From NCBI GenBank assembly GCA_050115495.1, contig JASFQK010000002.1, forward strand, positions 96,001-160,000: 64,000 nt of DNA, written 5' to 3'. This stretch comes from Phycisphaerae bacterium (GTDB lineage Bacteria > Planctomycetota > Phycisphaerae > UBA1845 > Fen-1342). The notes below the pieces were generated by a model, which worked only from the letters and a program-made list of their open reading frames with translations, ran no database searches and was not told where the DNA came from. The stretch's first letter is position 1. The number at the start of each line of letters is the position of its first letter. A program made the translations under genes and the position numbers. Positions 47,569 to 57,536 of this stretch are shown in pieces.

Positions 47569-49407
47569 CTACGGACGCTTTGCCCCGCTGGCCTTCACCT
47601 TGTTCGTACTACCTGATTGCCCTGGGTGCGCCGTCGCCGGAATGCTGGCGCTGGGTTCCGGAACGCTCGGGCACGCCGGCGGACCGGCCAGGAAGTCGCC
47701 GATGTAAGCGCGATAGCAATCCAGCCAGGCGGCGTAATCCGTCATGCCGACGGCGCCACTGTCGTCGTAGTCGCACATGGCATCCTGCGGCGGCTGGCCA
47801 TCAACAGGGCCACCGAAGGCGGAGAGGAAGATGACGTAGTCGTCGTAGTCCACGTCGCCGTCGAAGTCGAGGTCGCCACAGATGTGGACGTACTCGTCGG
47901 CGCCGACGTCAACCCGCTCGATGCCGTCTCCGTTGCCGTCGCTGACGCGCGCGTCGCCGTCGATGTCGGTGTCTTCGGGGTCGGGGGCCAGGCTGGGATC
48001 GCCGGTGTCGATGCACGGCGACGTGCCGGCGACGTGATATGCGCTGCTCTCGCGGTCGCCCGCGAATTCCGGATCGTCACCGAAGTTGCCGGTGCCGCCG
48101 TAGGTTCCGGTCCACCCCTGGACGCAGGAATAATCGATGGTGATGGAATCGCCGTTGAGCTGATAGTCTTCCGTTTCCCCGCCGTTGCCCCAGAGGATGC
48201 AGCTCGTCACGTTGGACGGCTGCGCGCCGGCATAGTCCACCAGGCCGAGGCTGTTGCCGGTCAGCGTGCAGTTCTGCAGCGTGGTATGCACGACGCCGCT
48301 GCCACTGCGGTAGTTTCCCACGCCCGCACCCGGGTTGTCGGCAATCACGCAGTTCACGAGCGACAATTCGCTCCCCGAGCTGCTGGAGTTGGTGTTGTGG
48401 ATGCCGGCCCCGTAGCCACCTTCGTTGTGGAAGATGCGGCAGTTGGCCACGGTGACGGTTCCTCTGGTGTACATGCCGCCGCCGTAGGCCGACCCGACGT
48501 TGTCCTCCAGGAAGCAGCCGGTGATCGTCGCGGTGCCGCCGGTGACGTTGATGCCACCGCCGTTCTGCGTGGCGGTGTTCCTCAGGAACTGGCAGCCGCT
48601 CACGTCCGCCGCACCGGCGAAGCTCTCGAGCCCGCCGCCGTTGCCGCCGGCATTCTCTTCAAAGAGGCAGTTGGTAATCCACGCGCCAACCTGATTGACG
48701 TACACGCCACCACCGCCGCCGCGGGCCTTGTTCTGGAAGAAGTAGCAGTCCTCGACATGCGGCGTTCCGGTGACGATGTACATGCCGCCGCCGTTGCCTT
48801 CGGGGGATCCGGACCGCCCGGCGGCGTTAGCGGTGATGAAGCAGTTGGAGATGGTCGGCTCGCCGCCGAGGACGTAGAGCCCGCCGCCGCGCAGGCTGAA
48901 GGGGACGGCGGTGCGATCGGCGTTACCGCCCCGCACGGTCACGCCATCCAGCAGGGTGCCGACAGCGCCGTGGTAGATGTACACGACCTTATACGAGTTC
49001 TCTTCCATCCCCACGAAGCCAGGCTGGTCGTCGCCGTTCAGGTCGCCGCTGAGCACGGTTTCGTAGAGGTGGATGTCGCGGGCGTCGGGATTGGGGGCAC
49101 CGACCCCGGCATAGCCGCCGAGGACGACGACGCCGTTGTTGAGGCGGAAGTATGCGTTCCGATCGCCGGAGCCGGTGGGATTACTGGTCGACTCGTCGGG
49201 GCAGTAGGTGCCCTGGGCGATGTGGATCTCGGTTGGGCCGGCGGACGACATATCGAGCGCCGTCTTGAGTTGTGTGAGAGCCGAATCCCAGGAGAAGCCG
49301 TTTCCGCCCGGGGGCGCGTCGTCATCTACGTACAAAATGACCGCGAGTGCTGGTGTGGTGGCACACAGCAGCAGTGCGGTAAGGGCAATGGCGCACTGAC
49401 GATACAT
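47569..49407 (-). CDS. Secreted right-handed beta-helix protein with C-terminal dockerin-like domain
   Basis: YVDDDA..GNG.SW, GGG(I/L/M)..N.A repeats, SPCIDTG, VDVGADEY, GDLDFDGDVDYDDY..CDYDDSGAVGMTDY. Confidence 0.85.
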   Translation of the reverse strand: MYRQCAIALTALLLCATTPALAVILYVDDDAPPGGNGFSWDSALTQLKTALDMSSAGPTEIHIAQGTYCPDESTSNPTGSGDRNAYFRLNNGVVVLGGYAGVGAPNPDARDIHLYETVLSGDLNGDDQPGFVGMEENSYKVVYIYHGAVGTLLDGVTVRGGNADRTAVPFSLRGGGLYVLGGEPTISNCFITANAAGRSGSPEGNGGGMYIVTGTPHVEDCYFFQNKARGGGGGVYVNQVGAWITNCLFEENAGGNGGGLESFAGAADVSGCQFLRNTATQNGGGINVTGGTATITGCFLEDNVGSAYGGGMYTRGTVTVANCRIFHNEGGYGAGIHNTNSSSSGSELSLVNCVIADNPGAGVGNYRSGSGVVHTTLQNCTLTGNSLGLVDYAGAQPSNVTSCILWGNGGETEDYQLNGDSITIDYSCVQGWTGTYGGTGNFGDDPEFAGDRESSAYHVAGTSPCIDTGDPSLAPDPEDTDIDGDARVSDGNGDGIERVDVGADEYVHICGDLDFDGDVDYDDYVIFLSAFGGPVDGQPPQDAMCDYDDSGAVGMTDYAAWLDCYRAYIGDFLAGPPACPSVPEPSASIPATAHPGQSGSTNKVKASGAKRP

Positions 49408-49526
49408 CCTTGGTCTCCTTCCTCTTCCGATGGGGCGAAGCGGGTCTCCTACGCTGATCCCCGCATGCCGGAATCGTACTAGGAAACGGATTGGAGTTCA
49501 AGGCAAATCTCCCGGAGATATTACTC

Positions 49527-49555
49527 TTGCGTTTTTCGCCCATTCTCGCTACTCT
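49527..49555 (+). promoter_or_regulatory. sigma70 promoter implying a leaderless mRNA
   Basis: TTGCGT-N17-TACTCT, 6 nt before ATG 49562. Confidence 0.6.
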
Positions 49556-49561
49556 CCGAGC

Positions 49562-50797
49562 ATGACAACGTCGCCCCGCGCTACCGAATCTGCGATCGAA
49601 GAGAAACTCATTGAGTTGGGTCGCAGGCTGGGGAGTTCGTTACGAGAGGTTATAGGACATCTGCTCGAGTCGTCCCGGGCCATGCGGCCGAGTCAGCTCG
49701 ACCACGCGACGCGCGTCGGGAAGGATGTCGCGTATCGCGTGCTGAAGGCTGTGCGCTCAGAGGATCCGATCGCGGTTGTGCATTTGCTGCCAGGACCGAC
49801 GCCGTTGCGGCGGTTGCTCCGGGCCGCGACGGACCAGGCGGTGAGTCCGCCGGTCGTCGCGGAGGCAAACCAGGCCGTGGATGCTCTCGAGGAGTTCATC
49901 GCCGCCGAAGCCGGTGACCGGGGCACGCTCGACCTGATCATCAGCGGTTGGTTGCCGCAGGCGCGGCACAAGGGTGAACTGCTCGCCAAGCAGACCGTGT
50001 TTCGGGGGATGAGCCAGATCAAGGGCCTCTCCGGCGACGTTCTGTTCGAGGCGGCATTCGCGTGTCCCTCAGCGGACGGCACGCAGATAAACACGGCGTG
50101 GGTCCGCGGCGTGAAGGGCTTCCGTCGGTGGCGCCGGGGCGTGGAGCTGCACCTGTCATCGCGGCGGGTCAGCGCGCCGGTGAACGGCCCGGTGTCGTCG
50201 AGTCTGGACGGCCGGCCGATCACCGGTGTAAGTGACTGGATCCTGCCGCAGTTCTCATCTGTTGCGGCGGCCGACCTGGAGGTCGCGCGCACGACGACGG
50301 CCGATCTGTATACGCTGCGGAGCGATACGCTCGGGATGCGGTCAGCGGAGGACATCGTCTTCGCCGAAGTGATGAGACACTCCCTGCCGCGCTACGAGGA
50401 GCCGGGCGTCATGCGGCGGTCCGGTCTGTTCAGCGAGGTGGTGCTGCCGGCACGGCTGTTGGTCTTCGACGTGCTGCTGCACGCCGAGGCGTTTCCGGAA
50501 GCGCAGCCGCAATTGCGCGTCTACGATACAGGATTGCACGGCGTCGCGGACTGCAACGATGCGACGCGCGATCGCGACATCCTGCCGCTGAACGAGTCCA
50601 TCAGCGCCGCCGGCAAGGGCGTGGACGGCCTGCGTGTGCCGGAAGTGCCGCAGTACGTGGACATCATGCGTCACGTCCTCGATTGCGTGGGGTGGGATGC
50701 GCAGGCGTTTCGCGCGTTCCGCTGCCGGATCGAATACCCGCTGTACGCGTCGCAGGTCATCATGACCTTCGAGCGCCCACCACTGCGGCGACAATAG
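49562..50797 (+). CDS. Hypothetical cytoplasmic protein, possible N-terminal HTH
   Basis: 411-aa ORF; RPSQLDHATRVGKDVAYRVLKA is HTH-like. Confidence 0.7.
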   Translation: MTTSPRATESAIEEKLIELGRRLGSSLREVIGHLLESSRAMRPSQLDHATRVGKDVAYRVLKAVRSEDPIAVVHLLPGPTPLRRLLRAATDQAVSPPVVAEANQAVDALEEFIAAEAGDRGTLDLIISGWLPQARHKGELLAKQTVFRGMSQIKGLSGDVLFEAAFACPSADGTQINTAWVRGVKGFRRWRRGVELHLSSRRVSAPVNGPVSSSLDGRPITGVSDWILPQFSSVAAADLEVARTTTADLYTLRSDTLGMRSAEDIVFAEVMRHSLPRYEEPGVMRRSGLFSEVVLPARLLVFDVLLHAEAFPEAQPQLRVYDTGLHGVADCNDATRDRDILPLNESISAAGKGVDGLRVPEVPQYVDIMRHVLDCVGWDAQAFRAFRCRIEYPLYASQVIMTFERPPLRRQ

Positions 50798-50801
50798 CGT
50801 T

Positions 50802-51848
50802 TCACAGGCGAATCTCGCGGCCGGCGTCGGCGGAGGCGTAGAGGGCCTCCAGGATGCGGGCGACGCGCAGGCTCTGCTCTGCGGGCACGGGCGACGGGCC
50901 GCCGGTGCGGACCGCGTCGGCGAACGCCGCCAGCTCGGTCCGGTGGCCGGGGACGTCATCGTGGCTGGCGACCTGCGTATCGAGCAGCAGGCCGTGGCGG
51001 ACCTGATTCACGGTCATGTCGGGCCAGCAGGCGCCGCCGCGGGTGCCGAACAGATGGACGGCGCGGACTTCCGGCTCGCGCATGTTGAGCAGCCAGCTCG
51101 CTTCGAGTGATAGCACGGCGCCGCCGGCGAAGCGGATAAACGCCGTCGCCAGATCCTCGACCTCGTAATCCGCCGGTTGGTAGGTGCCCCACTGATTGCC
51201 GATGTCGGGTTGGTGAGCGAGCTGGCGGACGGAGTGGCCGCTGACGGAGACGGGCTCCGGGTGCCCCATGAAGTGCATCGCCAGGTCGAGCACGTGCACG
51301 CCAATGTCCAGACCCGGCCCGTGGATGCCCTGCGCCTTGGCCATGAGGCCGGGCGACGTCGGAGCCATGCGGCGGCGGAGCCACCAGGCCCGACCGTAGT
51401 AGATGTCGCCGAGGTCGCCGGCGTCGATGAGCTTCTTCAGGGCGAGGGCGGGGTGCTCGAAACGCAGGTGCTGGGCGGTCATAAGCAGCTTGCCGCTACG
51501 GTCGCGGGCTTCGATCATCTGCTCGATTTCCGCGGCGGTGGCGGCGAGGGGTTTCTCACAGATGCAATGCTTGCCGGCGTCCAGCGCGGCCACAACTGTG
51601 GGGGCGTGGGCGTGGTTCGGCGTGCAGACGTCGACCGCGTCCAGGTTCGGCTCGGCCAGCGCCGCCTCCAGCGACTCGAAAACCTGCTTGACGCCGTACT
51701 TGTCGGCGACGGTGCGGGCGATCTTCGCCGACATGTCGTAGATGCCGACAAGCTCGGCACCGGGGATCTTCTGCCACTGGCGGACGTGGTAATCGCCGAT
51801 GCCGCCGACACCGATGAGCACAACGCGGACAGGGGCGGGCGTCTGCAT
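50802..51848 (-). CDS. Gfo/Idh/MocA family oxidoreductase
   Basis: IGVGGIG, CTPNHAH, CEKPLA, DIGVHVLD. Confidence 0.92.
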   Translation of the reverse strand: MQTPAPVRVVLIGVGGIGDYHVRQWQKIPGAELVGIYDMSAKIARTVADKYGVKQVFESLEAALAEPNLDAVDVCTPNHAHAPTVVAALDAGKHCICEKPLAATAAEIEQMIEARDRSGKLLMTAQHLRFEHPALALKKLIDAGDLGDIYYGRAWWLRRRMAPTSPGLMAKAQGIHGPGLDIGVHVLDLAMHFMGHPEPVSVSGHSVRQLAHQPDIGNQWGTYQPADYEVEDLATAFIRFAGGAVLSLEASWLLNMREPEVRAVHLFGTRGGACWPDMTVNQVRHGLLLDTQVASHDDVPGHRTELAAFADAVRTGGPSPVPAEQSLRVARILEALYASADAGREIRL

Positions 51849-51942
51849 GGGGAGCTCCTCGCCTGGGCCGGACCCAGGGAGCAGGAATCTATGGCGGGGC
51901 GTCGCGGCGGGCAAGTTGGGCGGGCGTGAGTCTGCTGGCGCT

Positions 51943-52022
51943 GAAAAAGGGGACAGGCACCGCGCTGCGGGCGATGGTTGGTGTTCGGGGATTTCTGGGG
52001 CGCGGAGCCAGTCCCCTTTTTC
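51943..52022. repeat. REP-like intergenic inverted repeat
   Basis: 22-bp arms GAAAAAGGGGACAGGCACCGCG / CGCGGAGCCAGTCCCCTTTTTC with 2 mismatches and a 36-nt spacer. Confidence 0.75.
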
Positions 52023-52149
52023 CGCAGGTCCCGGGCCCGTCGCGTGGGCTTGCCCGGGGGGGCGGTCGTTTTATAATCGCCCAATCGTCCCGGTCCGGGG
52101 CACGAACCGGGTCAGACATCGTGCCGGTACCCCGACGGAGAGGACAACC

Positions 52150-52887
52150 GTGGCCACATCCACGACGTCGCTGTTGAAACGCCATGACTTCCTGCTGCGG
52201 CGGCTGCATTCGCTGACTGGGATCGTGCCGATCGGCGCGTTCCTGGTGAACCACCTGCTGGCGAACTCGACGGCCTTCCTCGGTGAGAAGGAATTCAACC
52301 ACCACATCGAGCTGATCCACAGCCTGCCGTGGCTGCTGGCGGTGGAGGTGGCGTTCATCTTCGCCCCGCTGGCGTTCCACGGGCTGTTCGGGCTGCTCAT
52401 CGCCTTGCAGGGGCGGCCCAACCAGAACCTGTATCCGTACATGGATAACTGGCGGTACACGCTGCAACGCGTGACGGCGTATATCACTGTCGCGTTCCTG
52501 GTCGTGCACCTGCTGCACTACCGCTTCGCCCACTGGCTCGGCGGGACATCTTATGCGGCCGCCCACGCCGACCCCGGTTTCTATGCGTTCACGATCGCCG
52601 GCTTCTCGCTGGTCCTGCCGACGTGGCTGTGGGTGGTTATCTACACCATCGGGCTGGCCGCGGCCGTGTACCACTTCGCCAACGGCATCGTGACGTTCTG
52701 TATCACGTGGGGCATCACGGTCGGCGACGAATCGCGGAAGAAGATGTCGGTGGTGGCCGGCGGCGTGGGGCTGGTGCTGCTCGTCTGGGGCGTGCTGTCG
52801 CTGGTTGCCCTGAGCACGCGACCGCTGCCGCCGGCGTCGACGCCGGACGCGGAAGGTCCCCCGGTGGCGGTGCTCAGCGCTCCGTAG
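52150..52887 (+). CDS. sdhC: Succinate dehydrogenase/fumarate reductase cytochrome b558 subunit
   Basis: LRRLHSLTGIVPIGAFL, PLAFHG, YTLQRVT, YHFANG..ITWGIT; GTG start after GAGG. Confidence 0.88.
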   Translation: MATSTTSLLKRHDFLLRRLHSLTGIVPIGAFLVNHLLANSTAFLGEKEFNHHIELIHSLPWLLAVEVAFIFAPLAFHGLFGLLIALQGRPNQNLYPYMDNWRYTLQRVTAYITVAFLVVHLLHYRFAHWLGGTSYAAAHADPGFYAFTIAGFSLVLPTWLWVVIYTIGLAAAVYHFANGIVTFCITWGITVGDESRKKMSVVAGGVGLVLLVWGVLSLVALSTRPLPPASTPDAEGPPVAVLSAP

Positions 52888-54685
52888 CCGGACTGGCGGG
52901 AGATTTCTCGGGGGCGGGCGTGACTAGGCTGATCAATGTATGTCCGGGTTGCGGCCCGGATTCCTGGCCGGCGGTGAACACGCTCAGCCGGCGACCCTCA
53001 CTCACCATGAAGAGCGGCAACGCGTCCGGGTACAGCTCGCGGAAGGCGGCGTAGTCGAACGACTCGGTGATCTTGTTGGCCTTCACGACGCAGCCGCCGG
53101 TTAGACGCGACTGGAGCTCGGCGAGTGTGGCCTTCGGGGCGAAGAGCGGTCGGCCGTAGAGATGGCGGGCGTGCGCCAGACGGCCGGTCGCGGTCTCCGT
53201 GACCGGCAGTTGGTACACCGCGGCGCTGCCGAAGAGCGGGCGGAAGCGCTGCACGGCGAGCACGTTCACTTCATCGTTGGGCGTGAGGGCGATCAGGCGG
53301 CCGATACCGCCGAGATCGATCTCTTCGAGGGCCTGGTCGCCGAGAATACTGCCGTGGTACGCCGGCAGGTCGGCCATGCGGGCGGCGCGGATCTCGGCGT
53401 GGTTGGTGTCGACGAGCAGAACGCGGATGCCGGCGGACTTGAGCATGGTGGCGATGCTGCGGGCCAGTTCGTGGGAACCGGCGATGAGGACGCCCTGCGG
53501 GTTGGGGACGGCCACGCCGAGCCACTGGGCGACGAGTGTGGCCGGCAGGCCGTAGATCACGACCGTGCAGACGATCGTGATGAACGTCAGCGGCACGAGC
53601 GGTCGCCCGGCGTCGCCGAGCTGAATGGCCAGCACGGCGGCGATGGCGGCGGCCACGATGCCGCGGGGGGCCATCCACATCAGGAAGAGGCGTTCGCGCC
53701 AGTGCAGCTTCGAGCCGGCGGTGGAGAGCCACACCGCCAGCGGCCGGGCCACGAATACCAGGGCGGCGACGAACAGCAGGCTCGCCGGCCCGAGCCCTTC
53801 GAGCACGTCGAAGGGCAACTGGGCGGCGAGAATGATGAACAGCGCGGAGATGAGCAGGACGCGCAGGTTCTCCTTGAATTCGAGCACGTGGCGGATGTCG
53901 GCGATGCGCTGGTTGGCCAGGGCGATGCCCATGACGGTGACGGCAAGCAGTCCCGACTCCGGTTGCACGGCGTTCGAGAGCGTGTGCGCGAGGCACACGA
54001 GACCCAGGGCGACGGCGTTGTGCAGAAACTCCGGGATCCAGAAGCGGGCCATCGTCACCGCGAGTAGTCCGGCCGCCAGCAGTCCGAGTCCGCCGCCGAC
54101 CACGACCGTCTTCAGCAGGGCCAGGGCGACGTGCGCGGTGGCTCCCTGCACGTTGCCGGCGAAGAGCACCTCGAACACGAGCACCGTCAGCAGGGCGCCG
54201 ACCGGGTCGATGACGATGCCCTCCCACTTCAGCACCGGTCCGACCGGTCCGCTCGGCCGCACGTGGCGCAGCAGCGGGATGATCACCGTTGGTCCGGTGA
54301 CGATGAGCAGTGCCCCCAGCAGCAGCGCGAGCCGCCATTCGAGGCCGACGATCAGCCGGGCGGCGACGGCGGCGACGGCCCACGTGGCGAGGGCGCCCAC
54401 GGTTACCAGTCGGCGGACGACGTTGCCCGTCGCCCGCAATTCGCGGAAGTTCAGTGTCAGGCCGCCTTCGAACAGAATCACCGCGACCGACAGCGACACG
54501 AGCGGCAGCAGCAGGCCGCCGAACACTTCGTCCGGATGCAGCAGGTTGGTGACGGGGCCGGCGAGAAAGCCGAAGAGCAGCAGCAGGAGAATGGACGGCA
54601 GGCGCAGGCGCCAGGCCAGCCACTGGGCGGCGCCGCCTAGTGCGACGACGGCCACCAGTTCGAACAGGATGGTCCCACTGTCCAT
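52874..54685 (-). CDS. CPA1/NhaP-type cation:proton antiporter with C-terminal TrkA-N-like domain
   Basis: ILFEGGLTL, VTGPTVI, WEGIVIDP, APRGIVAA. Confidence 0.9.
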   Translation of the reverse strand: MDSGTILFELVAVVALGGAAQWLAWRLRLPSILLLLLFGFLAGPVTNLLHPDEVFGGLLLPLVSLSVAVILFEGGLTLNFRELRATGNVVRRLVTVGALATWAVAAVAARLIVGLEWRLALLLGALLIVTGPTVIIPLLRHVRPSGPVGPVLKWEGIVIDPVGALLTVLVFEVLFAGNVQGATAHVALALLKTVVVGGGLGLLAAGLLAVTMARFWIPEFLHNAVALGLVCLAHTLSNAVQPESGLLAVTVMGIALANQRIADIRHVLEFKENLRVLLISALFIILAAQLPFDVLEGLGPASLLFVAALVFVARPLAVWLSTAGSKLHWRERLFLMWMAPRGIVAAAIAAVLAIQLGDAGRPLVPLTFITIVCTVVIYGLPATLVAQWLGVAVPNPQGVLIAGSHELARSIATMLKSAGIRVLLVDTNHAEIRAARMADLPAYHGSILGDQALEEIDLGGIGRLIALTPNDEVNVLAVQRFRPLFGSAAVYQLPVTETATGRLAHARHLYGRPLFAPKATLAELQSRLTGGCVVKANKITESFDYAAFRELYPDALPLFMVSEGRRLSVFTAGQESGPQPGHTLISLVTPAPEKSPASPATER

Positions 54686-54773
54686 GTCGTTTCCCGCGCC
54701 GTCGCGCCGCCTCGGCTGCCAGTTCGCCGGCATTGTCCCCGGCAGTCGCCCAGACGACAACCGCCGTCCGGCG

Positions 54774-55853
54774 TCAGTCGCTAACGCCGCCGTACCGCCG
54801 GACACACTCGATTAACCAGCGGTAGCTGTCCAGCGAAATCGTCGGCGGCACGGAATGGTCGATGTGATAGATGTAACCGCTGCCGGCCGCGGCGACGGGC
54901 ACCTTCTGCGCCACCTCGCGCTCGATCTGCGCGGGGTCGTTGGTGGCCACGATGTCGGCGTCGATGTTGCCGATCAGGCAGAGCCGGTCGCCGTAGCGCT
55001 GTTTCAGATCGCGGACGTCGTTGCCGGCGCGGGCTTCGAGGGGGTGGATGGCCTGCCCGCCGGCGTCGAGCAGGAGCGGCAGCAGGTTACGCACGTCGCC
55101 GTCGCAGTGGAACATGAAATACATGCCGTGCTCGCGGGCGAACTCCGCCAGCCGCTGCCAGGGGACGAGCACCAGTTGCCGAAGGTTTGTCGGCGAGAGC
55201 AGCAATCCGCCCTTGTAGCAGAGGTCGCTCCAGAACCACAGGGCGTCGAAGCGATAGCCGCGGTCGTGAACCAGGGCGAGCATGCCCAGCACGTAGTCGG
55301 TGTACGTGTTGACCATGTCGGCGACGAGGTCGGGCTGGCGGCGCGTCGCTAACAGGCCGCGCTCGAAGCCGCAGCAATGCTCCAGGACGAACCACAGCGG
55401 CTCGGCCGGCGTGATGGCCAGGAAGCGGCCGGCGGCGCGGGCGGTGTCGTAGTCGGCGGCGGCCGCGGGATTGTTGAGCTTGTCCGCGCCGACGGTGAGC
55501 GTCTCGCGCAGGCGGTGCCAGTCGGCGGGATTCTGAATCGCCGGCGTAAGCACCCGCGGCGGGCTGGTCGTGCCGAGCGGCTCCTGCATGGTCTTGCCGT
55601 AACGGTCGACGTAGACGCGGCGGTCGCTGATCTGTTCGAGCGTGCGCTCGGGCAGGCCGAAGGAGGGATCAAACAGGTCGTTGATGCAGGCGATGGGATC
55701 GAGGCGGAAGTGTTCGACCGGATCGACGCCGGCGGGCAGCCCCTCGGCGTGCCAGCGCTCAAGCGTCTCGGGCCAGAACGTGGTTTCGCACATCGGCAGC
55801 CGATCGCACGGTTCGTGAGCCAGGGCCGCCAGCAGTCGATTACGGCTGTTCAC
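54774..55853 (-). CDS. Uroporphyrinogen decarboxylase / cobalamin methyltransferase (MtaA/CmuA) superfamily protein
   Basis: RNRLLAALAHEPCDRLP, WSDLCYK, FHCDGDV, YIYHIDHSVP; GTG start after GGAGAG. Confidence 0.85.
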   Translation of the reverse strand: MNSRNRLLAALAHEPCDRLPMCETTFWPETLERWHAEGLPAGVDPVEHFRLDPIACINDLFDPSFGLPERTLEQISDRRVYVDRYGKTMQEPLGTTSPPRVLTPAIQNPADWHRLRETLTVGADKLNNPAAAADYDTARAAGRFLAITPAEPLWFVLEHCCGFERGLLATRRQPDLVADMVNTYTDYVLGMLALVHDRGYRFDALWFWSDLCYKGGLLLSPTNLRQLVLVPWQRLAEFAREHGMYFMFHCDGDVRNLLPLLLDAGGQAIHPLEARAGNDVRDLKQRYGDRLCLIGNIDADIVATNDPAQIEREVAQKVPVAAAGSGYIYHIDHSVPPTISLDSYRWLIECVRRYGGVSD

Positions 55854-55885
55854 GTCAGCTTCTCTCCGAAAGAGCGACGTAGATG

Positions 55886-56692
55886 CTACGCCCCGCAGCA
55901 CTCGGCCCAGGTCTTGGGCGTTTCCCATACGCGGACGCAGTGCAGCGTCGCCGGCGCGACCTGCTCGCACAATAGCCGCCAGATCACGCGGCTGATGTTC
56001 TCCACGCTCGGGTTGAGGTCGTGGAACTCGGCGACGTCGGCGTTCAGGTGCCGGTGGTCGAGGTAGTCGACGACGCGCTCCTGGACGATCTGCTCGAAGC
56101 GGGGCAGCGGCAGGACGGCGCCGGTCTGCGGGTCGGGTTCGCCGACGACGGTGATTTCGAGGAGGTAATTGTGGCCGTGACCGTTCGGATTGTTGCACTT
56201 GCCGAACGTTTGGCGGTTTTCGTCGGCGGAAAACTGCGGGCAGTGCAGGCGATGGGCCGCGGAAAATTCGAACTGCTGTGTCAGATGCACCATGTCGGGA
56301 TTCTCGCGTTCGAGGGAATACTGGAGGGCGGGTGTCGCACATAGCGTGAGGGCGACGAGCGGCACGCCGGCGGGCGCGGCGTCCGCCACGCGGCGCCAGA
56401 TGTCCTGCAACAACCGCTCGGCGGTCATGCGCCAGCCGTGGCGGCGGAGGACATCGGCGGTGTGGGGGATGGCATGTCGGCGGAGCAGGTCGTCGAGCAA
56501 CGCAATGTTGCAGAGATAGCCAGTGACGGGATCGGGCTCGCCGGTGACGGTCGCCCGCAACTTCAAGTAGGGGACGATGCCGACGGCGCTCGGCCAGCCG
56601 CCCCACGAGTTGGTCACCGGGCGTGAGAACTCGACGCGTCCGGCCCAGTCGCGGTCGATGGAAAAACGGACTTCGCGCGTCAGATAGACCAT
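55886..56692 (-). CDS. Two-domain 6-pyruvoyl-tetrahydropterin synthase/QueD family protein
   Basis: FSAAHRL, CNNPNGHGHNY, LDHRHLN, PSVENI, WET in the C-domain; degenerate N-domain. Confidence 0.85.
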   Translation of the reverse strand: MVYLTREVRFSIDRDWAGRVEFSRPVTNSWGGWPSAVGIVPYLKLRATVTGEPDPVTGYLCNIALLDDLLRRHAIPHTADVLRRHGWRMTAERLLQDIWRRVADAAPAGVPLVALTLCATPALQYSLERENPDMVHLTQQFEFSAAHRLHCPQFSADENRQTFGKCNNPNGHGHNYLLEITVVGEPDPQTGAVLPLPRFEQIVQERVVDYLDHRHLNADVAEFHDLNPSVENISRVIWRLLCEQVAPATLHCVRVWETPKTWAECCGA

Positions 56693-56837
56693 CTCCAGGA
56701 TTCTACTGCGCTGTCGGCGGCCGACCAGGATTGACGGTGCACTTCCGGCCGACTAGCCTCCCCGGACGGTGATCCGGAGCGCGAACGCAGGGGGCGGCAC
56801 GCACCGGACCCGGTGAACCACAGATGAGGAACCACGC

Positions 56838-57536
56838 ATGGCATCGAAAACGTGCGTCATTACCGGCGCCAGTCGCGGGATCGGCCTGGCCACGGCGTTG
56901 CGCTTCGCCCGCCAGGGCATGAATGTTGTCGCCGCCGCGCGCGGGGCAGAGGGCCTGGAGCACGCCGCGGAGTCCATCCGGTCGGCAGGTGGGACGTGTG
57001 AGGCGGTGGTGGCGGACGTGGCGCAAGCGGCGGACGCGGCGCGGCTGATCGTCCGGGCCCGAGAGCGTTTCGGGCGGGTCGACGTGCTGGTGAACAACGC
57101 CGGCTGCGCCGTGCTTAAGCCGCTGCCCGAGCTCAGCCACGAGGATTTCGACGACCAGTTAGCGGTGAACGTGGGCGGCGTTTTCCACGTGACGCAGGCG
57201 GCGTGGCCGGTGATGGTGGAGCAGGGGGGCGGCGTCATCGTCAACGTGTCGTCGCTGTCGTCGGTCGACCCGTTCCGCGGCTTCAGCGTGTACGGGGCCT
57301 GCAAGGCGTGGGTGAACCTGTTCACGCAGGCGGCGGCGTCGGAGGGCAAGGACGTCGGCATTCGCGTGTACGCGGTCGCGCCCGGTGCCGTGGAGACCGG
57401 CCTGCTGCGCAACATCTTCCCCGACCTGCCGGCGGCGCACCTGCTCGAGCCGGAGCAGGTGGCCGAGGTCATTACGAGCCTGTGCGAGGAACGGCTGAGC
57501 CCTTGCAGCGGGCAGACCTTCTTCGTGCGCAAGTAA
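56838..57536 (+). CDS. SDR family oxidoreductase
   Basis: TGASRGIG, NNAG, YGACK. Confidence 0.92.
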   Translation: MASKTCVITGASRGIGLATALRFARQGMNVVAAARGAEGLEHAAESIRSAGGTCEAVVADVAQAADAARLIVRARERFGRVDVLVNNAGCAVLKPLPELSHEDFDDQLAVNVGGVFHVTQAAWPVMVEQGGGVIVNVSSLSSVDPFRGFSVYGACKAWVNLFTQAAASEGKDVGIRVYAVAPGAVETGLLRNIFPDLPAAHLLEPEQVAEVITSLCEERLSPCSGQTFFVRK

